Shown: positions 1 to 8,395 of the stretch, piece after piece
Position numbering within the stretch: the first letter of the stretch is position 1
How the letters are laid out: each line of letters opens with the position of its first letter
NCBI GenBank assembly: GCA_041848045.1
Contig: JBGZHY010000111.1
Span: 4,327-68,326, forward strand
Length of the DNA stretch: 64,000 bases
Direction of reading: 5' to 3'
Source: Lachnospiraceae bacterium
GTDB lineage: Bacteria; Bacillota; Clostridia; Lachnospirales; Lachnospiraceae
The notes under the pieces: model-generated
The model's input: the letters and a program-made list of their open reading frames with translations, nothing else
What the model was told of the DNA's origin: nothing
The model's database searches: none
Made by a program: the position numbers and the translations under genes

Positions 1-1
1 A

Positions 2-319
2 AAAGAGTGGATTTCTTCCAAAGAAACGTATACCTGCAGGTTCGGTCTGGGGATGCTGATGAGTCATTATCTGGATGAAGATTTTGCTGTTGCCTGTCTG
101 GAAATGGCGGCATCCGTTCGTTCCGAAGAATATTATGTCAATATGATGCTGGCATGGTTTTTTGCCACAGCCTTAGCTAAGCAGTGGGAAGCGGGTATTG
201 TTTATCTGGAGAGGGAACGCCTGGATGTATGGGTGCATCGCAAAACCATACAAAAGGCTTGTGAGAGCTTTCGGATACCGGAGGAGCGTAAGCGGTATCT
301 GAAAACGTTAAAGCGATAG
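2..319 (+). CDS. DNA alkylation repair protein-like (AlkD/HEAT-repeat family), 3' fragment; 5' end outside window
   Basis: Frame open from nt 2 with no stop before first ATG at 53. C-terminal sequence (YYVNMMLAWFFATALAKQWE...WVHRKTIQKACES) recalls Firmicute DNA alkylation repair proteins; assignment from memory, not a search. Confidence 0.5.
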   Translation, partial: KEWISSKETYTCRFGLGMLMSHYLDEDFAVACLEMAASVRSEEYYVNMMLAWFFATALAKQWEAGIVYLERERLDVWVHRKTIQKACESFRIPEERKRYLKTLKR

Positions 320-343
320 GATGCAATAGAAAGGTGGAGCGAA

Positions 344-415
344 ATGCAGCAGTTGTTCTTTTGGCTCATTGTACCGGGACTTGCGGTGACGATTTTCGTT
401 GAGGAAGCTGTATGA
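344..415 (+). CDS. candidate 23-aa hydrophobic micro-ORF (MQQLFFWLIVPGLAVTIFVEEAV)
   Basis: ATG lies 4 nt after a GGTGGAG Shine-Dalgarno-like motif (333-339). One TM-like helix. Below the ORF-track size cut-off; no homology evidence. Confidence 0.25.
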   Translation: MQQLFFWLIVPGLAVTIFVEEAV

Positions 416-595
416 TTTTATGAAATCGGCATATGTTATTTATCCTGCTAAGAGTATAAGCTCCGGATTTACCGGGAGGCTATATGCAAGCCGTCTTAGA
501 TTTCGCATTTCACCGGAAGCAGTTATGAAATCGTCAGCGCCCCATGACTATCCCCGGCATAATTAAATTGAAAAAGATACTAAGTAAGATATATA

Positions 596-632
596 AGAGG
601 CTGAATCGCAAAATCTGCCATTCAGCCTCTTT
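596..632. terminator. hairpin between XRE gene 3' end and upstream + strand unit; probable bidirectional terminator
   Basis: Perfect 11-bp inverted repeat AGAGGCTGAAT (596-606) / ATTCAGCCTCT (620-630), 13-nt loop, TTT on + side, A/T-rich on - side. Confidence 0.6.
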
Positions 633-731
633 ACCATAAAATTTGTTTAGGTTAGCGCTACGTATTTTTCCATCAAGCCAAGGGGGTTTACACTACTTTT
701 TATTTGACCTTTATCGTTTGCGCCGAATGGC

Positions 732-1091
732 CTACGCCTTCTTTCTTGCAGATTTTCTCCTTCTTCTGAACAGCAAATATCTGGCGAACTCCTCCAGCAA
801 TTTTCTGTCATTCTCATTCTCCATAATCTCTACCAGTATTTCATTGAAAGAGGAGTAAAGAATCTCATTGTCTTTTAAAAGCCTGTCATCTCGCAAAATA
901 TAATCAATATTCAAATCATAGAAATCAGCCAAGGAGGAAATGACGTCAATAGAGGGGATGGAAGCTCCGGTTTCGTAGGCAGAATAACCCTGCTGACTGA
1001 TATTGATGTGCTTGGCTACTTCTTTTTGGGTGAGCCCTTTCTCTTCACGCAGTTTAATGAGCTTGTTTTTGATGTGTTCCGCATTGCTCAT
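732..1091 (-). CDS. XRE-family helix-turn-helix transcriptional regulator
   Basis: N-terminal Cro/C1-type HTH (LREEKGLTQKEVAKHINISQQGYSAYETG). SD GGGAGG upstream of ATG. Stand-alone and divergent from the GntR operon. Confidence 0.85.
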   Translation of the reverse strand: MSNAEHIKNKLIKLREEKGLTQKEVAKHINISQQGYSAYETGASIPSIDVISSLADFYDLNIDYILRDDRLLKDNEILYSSFNEILVEIMENENDRKLLEEFARYLLFRRRRKSARKKA

Positions 1092-1224
1092 ATGTGATTG
1101 CCTCCCATAAAATCTAATTTATGTAGGCTATCATAAGAAGTATAAACAAAAGCGAACAAACAGCTGAAGATCGTTAAGCAACAAATAATGATTGTTTGCA
1201 TGGTCAATCTTCATGATTTCGGGC

Positions 1225-1254
1225 TTGACAAAAGGAGAAAACTTGGTCTATACT
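1225..1254 (+). promoter_or_regulatory. sigma-A-type promoter of GntR-ABC operon
   Basis: TTGACA (1225-1230), 18-nt spacer, TATACT (1249-1254). Confidence 0.6.
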
Positions 1255-1255
1255 A

Positions 1256-1280
1256 ACTGTATTAGTTATAATAATACAGT
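1256..1280 (+). promoter_or_regulatory. palindromic operator candidate (ACTGTATTA-N7-TAATACAGT) overlapping predicted transcription start
   Basis: Perfect 9-bp inverted repeat immediately after the -10 and 16 nt before the GntR start codon; position fits autorepression by the YtrA-type regulator. Confidence 0.55.
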
Positions 1281-1295
1281 TAGAAAGGAGCTTCT

Positions 1296-1685
1296 ATGAT
1301 TATTATAGACAATAAGGACAGAAGGGCGATATACGAGCAGGTGGTGGATAAGCTGTCCAATCTGATGCTGTTGGGAGCCCTGAAAACAGAGGACAGGCTG
1401 CCTTCCGTGCGAACACTTGCCACAGAGCTGTCCATCAATCCCAATACGATTCAGAAAGCGTATCTGGAGCTGGAGCGTCAAGGATTTATCTATTCGGTCA
1501 AGGGCGTGGGAAGCTTCGTATCGGATCTGCAAAGCATTCGGGAAGCTAAGAAAGCAAGTCTGCGGCAGGATTTAAAAATCCTGGTGGCAAGGGCTCGTTT
1601 GGTTATGAGCGAGGAGGAGCTTTTACAGGAAGTACAGGAGCTGTACAGTCGGGATATGAAAGAAAGAGAGGGGCATAGGATATGA
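1296..1685 (+). CDS. GntR-family transcriptional regulator, YtrA subfamily (short effector domain)
   Basis: Winged-HTH motif LPSVRTLATELSINPNTIQKAYLELERQGFIYSVKGVGSFV. 129 aa. ATGA overlap with downstream ABC ATPase. Confidence 0.9.
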   Translation: MIIIDNKDRRAIYEQVVDKLSNLMLLGALKTEDRLPSVRTLATELSINPNTIQKAYLELERQGFIYSVKGVGSFVSDLQSIREAKKASLRQDLKILVARARLVMSEEELLQEVQELYSRDMKEREGHRI

Positions 1686-2581
1686 TAGAGGCAAAGGGCT
1701 TAAGTAAGCGTTTTGGAGATATTCCGGCATTGGATCGGGTGGATGCAAGCATCAAAGAAGGCAATGTATTCGGGCTGATCGGAACCAACGGCGCCGGGAA
1801 AAGTACCTTTTTAAAGCTGGTCTGCGGGGTGCTGCAGGCGGATGAGGGCGAGATTTTAATCGATGATGAAGCGGCCTTTGAAAACATCAGAGCCAAAGAG
1901 AAGTTTTTCTATATTTCGGATGATCAGTATTTTCTGCCGAATACCACGCCGGAGGATATGCGGCATTTTTATCAGGCAGTGTATGCACATTTTGATACGA
2001 CGCTTTTTAAAAAGCTTTTGGAGGGCTTTGCATTGTCGGCAGGGCGAAAAATCAATACCTTTTCCAAAGGAATGAAAAAGCAGTTCAGTATTGCCTGTGC
2101 TTTGGCGGCAAATACCAAATATATTTTGTGTGACGAAACCTTCGACGGTTTGGATCCGGTGATGCGCCAGGCAGTGAAGAGCCTGTTCGCCCAGGCTATG
2201 GAAGACAGAGGTTTGACGCCGATTATCGCCTCCCATAACCTGCGGGAGCTGGAAGACATATGCGATCACGTGGGGATTTTACATCAGGGCGGCATTCTCC
2301 TGTCCAAGGACATTGCGGATATGAAGCTGAACCTACACAAGGTGCAGTGCGTTTTCCCTATGGGGATAGAAGTGGACAGGCTGCCGGATTTGCATATTGT
2401 ACAATGTAAGCGGACAGGCAGTATCCACACCTTGACGATTCGGGGCGCTGCAGAGGAGATTCGGGAAAAGATAGAAGCCTATCACCCGGTATTTTATGAA
2501 TTGATTCCTCTTAGCCTGGAGGAGATTTTTATCAGTGAAACGGAGGTGAAAGGTTATGACATCAAAAAACTCATTTTTTAA
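1682..2581 (+). CDS. ABC transporter ATP-binding protein
   Basis: Walker A GTNGAGKST, degenerate signature FSKGMKKQ, Walker B ILCDETFDGLD. Confidence 0.9.
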   Translation: MIEAKGLSKRFGDIPALDRVDASIKEGNVFGLIGTNGAGKSTFLKLVCGVLQADEGEILIDDEAAFENIRAKEKFFYISDDQYFLPNTTPEDMRHFYQAVYAHFDTTLFKKLLEGFALSAGRKINTFSKGMKKQFSIACALAANTKYILCDETFDGLDPVMRQAVKSLFAQAMEDRGLTPIIASHNLRELEDICDHVGILHQGGILLSKDIADMKLNLHKVQCVFPMGIEVDRLPDLHIVQCKRTGSIHTLTIRGAAEEIREKIEAYHPVFYELIPLSLEEIFISETEVKGYDIKKLIF

Positions 2582-4733
2582 TTTACTGAAGGAAGATTTC
2601 AAGAGTCGCTTATGGTCTTTTGCCGCCTCCTGTGTACTGTTCTTTTTTACTCTGCCGGTGGTAGCTTCCCTTTTTATAAAGAGCGACGGCTTCTGGTACG
2701 GAACGGAGGGGGAAAATACCCGGGAAAGAATGCAGAGTTTGATAGAGGGATTTGCGAAGTATCTTTCCCTCCATAATGTTGTGCTCAACGTATGCGTTTT
2801 GTTTTTGGCGATAGTGCTTGCCATATCCGGCTTTGCTTATTTGCAGTCCAAGAAAAAGGTGGATTTTTACCACAGTCTGCCTTTGAGAAGAGAGCTTTTG
2901 TTCTCGGTAAAGGTCGTGGACGGCTTTTTGATTTTTGCCCTGCCTTATTTGCTGTGTACCATACTGGCGGCGGCATTGATGGCGATGCATACGCAGGATA
3001 TGTCGGTTTTCGGTATCGGGCTGTATCATTTTGTTCTGCGCACGGCCTGCTTTTTGTTGGCTTATGTAACGGCAATACTGGCATTTTTACTGACGGGTAA
3101 TACCTTTGTGGGAATGCTGGCTATCGGTGTTTTTTACTTCTATATTCCTTTGCTTACGGTTTTGTATTATGCCTATGTTGGCAGTTTTTGGAAAAATGTA
3201 TATATACCCGGTGATAAGGTGCTGCAGCAGAGTTTTTTGGGGTCCGCCTTCTTCTGGATGTTTCGGATAGGGGAGATTGGGGACATAAAACGAGGGCTCA
3301 TTGCTTTGGGCGTCGCTTTGCCGATTCTGGCGGCGGCACTATTGGTGTACAAAAAAAGGCCGTCGGAGGCGGCAGGACATGCCATGGCTTTTGCATGGAC
3401 AAAAGTGCCGATAAAGTTTCTTCTGGTTGTCTGGATTACCTTATTTTCGATTCTGATGGGATATTATATTCAGAATGATAACGGCGGTTTTGGCTGGATT
3501 ATTTTCGGTCTGCTTGCAGGCTCCGTCATCAGCCACAGCGTGATAGAGATTATCTATCACAGCGACTTTAAAAAATTGTTTGCTCATGTAGAGCACCTGG
3601 CTCTGTGTATGCTGATTGCCGTCCTGATCTTTTGCGCCTTTTTCTTTGATTTTTGGAGGCAGAATCGTTTTGTGCCAAGGGCGGAGGATGTGAAGAGTGT
3701 AGGACTTATCGGTAACGCTCTGGAGCCGAACATGGAACAGTATACCCGAAAATTACGTATCTATGGGCAGGGTTCTAATGCTTATGCCGATATAGAAGGG
3801 GGGATGGGCAGATATGAAGACTCCAGCACGGACAGTTACCTGGAGCAGGCGCGACAGATACAGATACAGGATACGGAAGCGATTCTTGCCCTGGCTGCCC
3901 GTTGTGTCGAAGAAATGGAAAAATCTTCTCCGCATATGACCGATATGACAAGGGTTCTTGTTGCATACCAAATGAAAAACGGAAGAGAAGTGGTACGGGA
4001 GTATATTGTCGATTCCACAAAGATCAGACAGGAGCTGGAAGCGGTGTATAATAACCTTGCATACAAGGAAGCCCTGTATCCGATTCTTAAGCAAAGGCCG
4101 GAGGATATCGTATCTCTGGACTATAACGGGGTGGGTTTTTCCGATATGCATATTTCCCTGGAGGATAGCGCTTTAAGAAATGCCTTGCTTAAGGCCTATC
4201 AGGAGGATTTAAGGTCCTTGACGGCAGAAACCAGAAACCGAGAGTATCCTTTTGCTTCCCTTCGTTTTCATACCGCCGAGTCACAGGCTGCTTTGGAGCT
4301 GGAAGCATTGCAGCAGCTGAATATGGAGGAGGGCGTTGTTGAGCATTCTGGCATTGCGGCAGCTGTGTATGCGGATACTTTTGATACGGTAGGCTATTAT
4401 CCGCTGTACCCTTCCTTTGCCGCAACGAGGTCTGTTTTGGAGGAGATGGGAATCGTACCGAAGACCGGTTTTTTGGCTGAGGACTTTACAAAAATAGAGT
4501 ACAGCAGGTATTATTATGGAGAAGAGAACGGCGAATACAAAACCGAAACGGTAACGATTACGGACAAGGCGCAGATGCAGGAGATACTGGATAAGGCTTT
4601 GCTTACGGATCACCCGTATCGTCTGTATGAGCGGTACGCCGAGTCGGAAACCATGGTGAGCGCCTATATCGGTGATACCTGGAGCATGGATTTATATTTT
4701 CTGCCTCATCATGTGCCGGAAATCTTAGAATAA
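2556..4733 (+). CDS. ABC-2-type permease fused to a ~350-aa hydrophilic C-terminal domain of unknown function
   Basis: SD GGAGGTG 7 nt upstream; 26-nt overlap with ATPase gene. N-terminal ~370 aa strongly hydrophobic (multiple TM helices); the rest (from WRQNRFVPRAEDV) is hydrophilic with no motif I recognise. Confidence 0.7.
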   Translation: MTSKNSFFNLLKEDFKSRLWSFAASCVLFFFTLPVVASLFIKSDGFWYGTEGENTRERMQSLIEGFAKYLSLHNVVLNVCVLFLAIVLAISGFAYLQSKKKVDFYHSLPLRRELLFSVKVVDGFLIFALPYLLCTILAAALMAMHTQDMSVFGIGLYHFVLRTACFLLAYVTAILAFLLTGNTFVGMLAIGVFYFYIPLLTVLYYAYVGSFWKNVYIPGDKVLQQSFLGSAFFWMFRIGEIGDIKRGLIALGVALPILAAALLVYKKRPSEAAGHAMAFAWTKVPIKFLLVVWITLFSILMGYYIQNDNGGFGWIIFGLLAGSVISHSVIEIIYHSDFKKLFAHVEHLALCMLIAVLIFCAFFFDFWRQNRFVPRAEDVKSVGLIGNALEPNMEQYTRKLRIYGQGSNAYADIEGGMGRYEDSSTDSYLEQARQIQIQDTEAILALAARCVEEMEKSSPHMTDMTRVLVAYQMKNGREVVREYIVDSTKIRQELEAVYNNLAYKEALYPILKQRPEDIVSLDYNGVGFSDMHISLEDSALRNALLKAYQEDLRSLTAETRNREYPFASLRFHTAESQAALELEALQQLNMEEGVVEHSGIAAAVYADTFDTVGYYPLYPSFAATRSVLEEMGIVPKTGFLAEDFTKIEYSRYYYGEENGEYKTETVTITDKAQMQEILDKALLTDHPYRLYERYAESETMVSAYIGDTWSMDLYFLPHHVPEILE

Positions 4734-4746
4734 GGAATAAACGAGA

Positions 4747-5232
4747 ATGAAAACGAAGCTGACAACCCTATGTTACATCGAAAAGGATGGGGCATACCTG
4801 ATGCTGCACCGCATCAAAAAGGAAAAGGATATCAATAAGGACAAATGGATAGGTGTGGGCGGACATTTCTTGGAAAATGAATCGCCGGAGGAATGCCTGC
4901 TGCGAGAGGTACAGGAGGAAACGGGACTGCGCCTGCTTTCCTGGAGGCTGCGGGGTGTGATTACCTTTATGACGGATGTATATCAAACGGAATATATGTT
5001 TTTATACACTGCCGATTCTTTTGCGGGGGAGCTTGTGGAGGCGGATGCCTGCACCGAAGGAAGACTGGAATGGGTGGAAAAATCCCGGCTGCATACCTTA
5101 CCTTTGTGGGAGGGGGACAAGATATTTTTTGATTTGCTGGAGCGGGATGAGGCTTTCTTTTCTCTGAAGCTGCGTTACGAAAAGGACCGTCTGGCGGAGG
5201 CCGTCAAGGACGGCGTTTCCTTGTCGCTATAA
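4747..5232 (+). CDS. NUDIX hydrolase (MutT/8-oxo-dGTPase-like)
   Basis: Complete Nudix box GGHFLENESPEECLLREVQEETGL (GX5EX7REUXEEXGU). Confidence 0.9.
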   Translation: MKTKLTTLCYIEKDGAYLMLHRIKKEKDINKDKWIGVGGHFLENESPEECLLREVQEETGLRLLSWRLRGVITFMTDVYQTEYMFLYTADSFAGELVEADACTEGRLEWVEKSRLHTLPLWEGDKIFFDLLERDEAFFSLKLRYEKDRLAEAVKDGVSLSL

Positions 5233-5249
5233 GAAAGAAGGGAGGGCGC

Positions 5250-5615
5250 ATGACAGAGGCATCTGCATTTGCAAAAATTTATACCGTGGTAAAGCGTATA
5301 CCGAAGGGCTGTGTGGCAAGTTACGGACAGGTGGCAAGGCTTGCGGGAAATCCCGCCTGGGCGCGGGTAGTGGGTTACGCTCTGCATGTCAATCCGGACC
5401 CTTCCCGGATTCCCTGTCATCGTGTGGTAACTAAGGAAGGAGCCTTAAGCACTGCCTTCGCCTTTGGCGGGGAAAACAGGCAGAAACAGCTTCTGGAAGC
5501 AGAGGGCGTGGGCTTCATCAAAACCGGGGACGGAAAGGGCAGAGAAAAGGAGCTGGTGGACATGGAGCGATATGCTTGGGATGTGCCGGAAGATTATATG
5601 CATTTTATCGGCTAA
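5250..5615 (+). CDS. MGMT-family protein, single DNA-binding/active-site domain (methylated-DNA-protein-cysteine methyltransferase-like)
   Basis: Active-site motif IPCHRVV with the Cys retained, preceded by VASYGQVARLAG helix. Only 121 aa (no N-terminal domain). Confidence 0.8.
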   Translation: MTEASAFAKIYTVVKRIPKGCVASYGQVARLAGNPAWARVVGYALHVNPDPSRIPCHRVVTKEGALSTAFAFGGENRQKQLLEAEGVGFIKTGDGKGREKELVDMERYAWDVPEDYMHFIG

Positions 5616-5635
5616 AAATATAGGTTTAGGAGTAA

Positions 5636-5676
5636 GGGGCCGCCGCAATATTTATTGCGGCAGTCCCTTCTTCTTG
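5636..5676 (+). terminator. rho-independent terminator candidate after MGMT gene
   Basis: GCCGCAAT (5642-5649) / ATTGCGGC (5654-5661) stem flanked by GGG/CCC, followed by TTCTTCTT. Confidence 0.5.
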
Positions 5677-5696
5677 ATTGGGGGAGAGGCAAAATG

Positions 5697-5724
5697 ATTG
5701 CAAATCCTCCAAAAAATGATATAG
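5697..5724 (+). promoter_or_regulatory. greA promoter with extended -10
   Basis: TTGCAA (5697-5702), 16-nt spacer, TGaTATAGT (5716-5724). Confidence 0.55.
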
Positions 5725-5760
5725 TAAAGGGCGCAGGGAAGAAGTATCGGGAGAAGTAAA

Positions 5761-6258
5761 ATGGGAGAAAAACTGACAAAGGCGGACATCGCCAAAATTC
5801 AGGAGGAGATTGACAGGCGCAAGCTGGTGCTGCGACCGGAGCTGATTGCCGCCGTAAAGGAGGCGAGGGCGCAGGGAGATTTGTCCGAGAATTTTGAATA
5901 TTATGCCGCCAAAAGAGAAAAAAATCAAAATGAAAGCAGGATCCATTATCTGGAAAGAATGCTGCGTTTTGCCCACGTCATCGAGGACGGGGCAAAGGCG
6001 GATGAGGTAGGCTTAGGAAAAAAGGTGCGGGTGTGCGATATCGAGGATGGAGAAGAAGAAAGCTACAAGATTGTAACGCCCATACGGGGTAATTCCCTGG
6101 AGGGGCGCATCAGCATTGAATCCCCTTTGGGAAAGGCATTGCTGGGACATAAAGTGGGGGACAGGGTAGAGGTGCAGGTGAAAGGTGCCGCACCCTATGT
6201 GCTGCAGATTATGGAAATCGAAAAAGACGAAACGGATGACAATATACGTTCGTTTTGA
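5761..6258 (+). CDS. greA: transcription elongation factor GreA
   Basis: Coiled-coil tip motif GDLSENFEYYAAK; size and C-terminal FKBP-like domain (VGDRVEV...) typical of GreA. Confidence 0.93.
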   Translation: MGEKLTKADIAKIQEEIDRRKLVLRPELIAAVKEARAQGDLSENFEYYAAKREKNQNESRIHYLERMLRFAHVIEDGAKADEVGLGKKVRVCDIEDGEEESYKIVTPIRGNSLEGRISIESPLGKALLGHKVGDRVEVQVKGAAPYVLQIMEIEKDETDDNIRSF

Positions 6259-6309
6259 GGATAAAGAGCATAAGGAGGAAAACGCCGGATAAGGGCGTGT
6301 ACAAAGAAT

Positions 6310-6759
6310 ATGAAATTGGTTATACAAAGAGTAAGTCAGGCGGATGTAAAGGTAGAGGGTAAGCTGCTGGGAGAAATCGGAAAAGGGCTGATGGTTCTGG
6401 TGGGTGTTGCCGGTGCGGATGATGAGGCGGTAGTGGACAAATACTTGCAGAAGCTGCTGAAGCTGCGGATTTTTGAGGACGAAAACGGCAAGACCAACCT
6501 GGCGCTGGCAGATGTAGGGGGAGAGCTTTTGCTGGTTTCCCAGTTTACCCTGCTGGCAAGCTGCAAGGACGGAAACAGACCGAGCTTCATCGGCGCAGGG
6601 GATCCGGAAAGAGCTAAGGAGCTGTACCAATATATGGTGGATAAGGCAAGAAGCCTGGGAGTAAAGACCGAGCAGGGGGAATTTGGCGCGGATATGAAGG
6701 TAAGTCTGGTCAATGACGGTCCCTTTACCATTGTTTTAGATGAAAGCACAATGCGCTGA
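6310..6759 (+). CDS. dtd: D-aminoacyl-tRNA deacylase
   Basis: MKLVIQRV N-terminus, SQFTL motif and C-terminal NDGPFT motif; 149 aa. Confidence 0.93.
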   Translation: MKLVIQRVSQADVKVEGKLLGEIGKGLMVLVGVAGADDEAVVDKYLQKLLKLRIFEDENGKTNLALADVGGELLLVSQFTLLASCKDGNRPSFIGAGDPERAKELYQYMVDKARSLGVKTEQGEFGADMKVSLVNDGPFTIVLDESTMR

Positions 6760-6760
6760 T

Positions 6761-8383
6761 ATGGATTTGTACAAGTTAATGCTGGTGGATGATGAGGAAG
6801 AAGTCCGCACAAGCATCATCCGGCAGGTGAATTGGGAAAATCTGGGCTTTCGTGTGGTGGGGGATGCAGAAAACGGCGAGGATGCTTTGGAAAAAATAGA
6901 CCTCTATGAGCCGGATGTGGTGATGACGGATATCCGTATGCCCTATATGGACGGTTTGGAATTGATTCAATGTGCCCACAGCAAGCATCCCGCCCTGAAA
7001 TTTGTGATTTTTTCGGGATTTGACGATTTTGAATATGCCCAAGAAGCCATTCGCCTGGGGGTGAGCGAATACATTTTAAAGCCCGTAAACAACGAGGAGT
7101 TGAGCGAAATCTTTGCCAAAATCAAGAAAAATCTGGATGCGGAAATAGAAATCAGACGGGATATTGCAAGACTGCGGGAGCATTATGTGGTAAACCTGCC
7201 GCTGTTAAAGAGCCAGTTTTTAAATCATCTGGTGAACGGGCAGCTCAGTACGGCGGAAATCGGGCTGCGTTTGGAGGAATACGGCATTGATATCGCAGGA
7301 GCAAAAAAGTATATGTCGGCTTGCGTGGACATCGAGTATGACAAGATGCCGGTGGATGCGAAACTGGGTCTGCAAAAAGAACTGCTGTCTTTGTCCTTGA
7401 TTGATTTAATCGGCGATAAGCTGGGGGAATACCACCGCTGCAGCGTTTTCAATTCTCTGACAGATGCCAAAATCCTGCTGATCATTGCTTTGGACGAGAA
7501 GCAGTCAAGGGCAAGGCTGATGGATATTTTGCGGGCGATCTGCAAGGAAAGCAAGCGGCTTTTGGGCATCACCATCAGCATGGGACTGGGAATGGCGAGA
7601 GAGAGAATGGAAGACCTGGCAGAGTCCTACCAAGGGGCTTTGGAAGCCTTGGGCTATAAGCAGATTGTGGGGCAGGGGGAGCTGATTTATATTCAGGACG
7701 TGGAGCCCCGTACCGCCGGCGTTTTGTATTTTGACGACAGGGAAGATGAGGAGCTGAGCGCCGTAATCAAGTTCGGACCGGAGGAGCGCATCAGAAGCTT
7801 TGTGGATAAAACCATGGAGAAGCTGCTCCATGCCAAGGTGCATCTGCGCCAGCAGCAGGCGTATATTCTCAGTATGGTCAGCGTGATTATCCGCCTGATG
7901 CAGCAGTATGATATGGATTTGCAGCATTTTGATGAGGCGGGCGGAGATTTTATGCTGCTTGCGGATAAATTAAAAAATCCGGAGATTCTGGAGAGCTGGT
8001 TTTATGATATTTGCTTAAAGATTCATTTGAACATACAGGAAAAGCGGGAGAATACCAGCAAGCAGGTCATTGTGGACGCTAAGGCATATATACAGGAAAA
8101 TTATCGGGATGAAAGCCTGACGGTGGAGGTGATATGTAGACAGCTGCATATGTCGGCGGCATATTTTTCCACCCTGTTCAAAAAGGAAACCGGTCAGACC
8201 TGCATCGCCTATATTACGGAGTTGCGGCTGAACAAAGCGGTGGAACTTTTGAATACCACGGATTATAAGACCTATATGATTGCAAGCATGGTGGGCTATG
8301 CGGAGCAGAATTATTTCAGCTATGTGTTCAAGAAAAAATACGGTGTTTCTCCGAGCAAATACAGAAATCTGACGGAAAAATAG
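6761..8383 (+). CDS. response regulator with AraC-type HTH output (YesN-like)
   Basis: REC domain (LMLVDDEEEV, DVVMTDIRMPYMDG, ILKPV) plus C-terminal AraC HTH (YFSTLFKKETGQT..., YFSYVFKKKYGVSPSKYR). Start moved from track ATG 6740 to 6761, just after the dtd stop. Confidence 0.9.
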   Translation: MDLYKLMLVDDEEEVRTSIIRQVNWENLGFRVVGDAENGEDALEKIDLYEPDVVMTDIRMPYMDGLELIQCAHSKHPALKFVIFSGFDDFEYAQEAIRLGVSEYILKPVNNEELSEIFAKIKKNLDAEIEIRRDIARLREHYVVNLPLLKSQFLNHLVNGQLSTAEIGLRLEEYGIDIAGAKKYMSACVDIEYDKMPVDAKLGLQKELLSLSLIDLIGDKLGEYHRCSVFNSLTDAKILLIIALDEKQSRARLMDILRAICKESKRLLGITISMGLGMARERMEDLAESYQGALEALGYKQIVGQGELIYIQDVEPRTAGVLYFDDREDEELSAVIKFGPEERIRSFVDKTMEKLLHAKVHLRQQQAYILSMVSVIIRLMQQYDMDLQHFDEAGGDFMLLADKLKNPEILESWFYDICLKIHLNIQEKRENTSKQVIVDAKAYIQENYRDESLTVEVICRQLHMSAAYFSTLFKKETGQTCIAYITELRLNKAVELLNTTDYKTYMIASMVGYAEQNYFSYVFKKKYGVSPSKYRNLTEK

Positions 8384-8395
8384 AAGAGAAAAGGG

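Noticed and set aside
420-566. 48-aa + strand ORF (MKSAYVIYPAKS...) and the 11-bp direct repeat TTATGAAATCG.
   Set aside because: No ribosome-binding site, a hydrophilic composition with no recognisable features, and a short repeat that could be chance.
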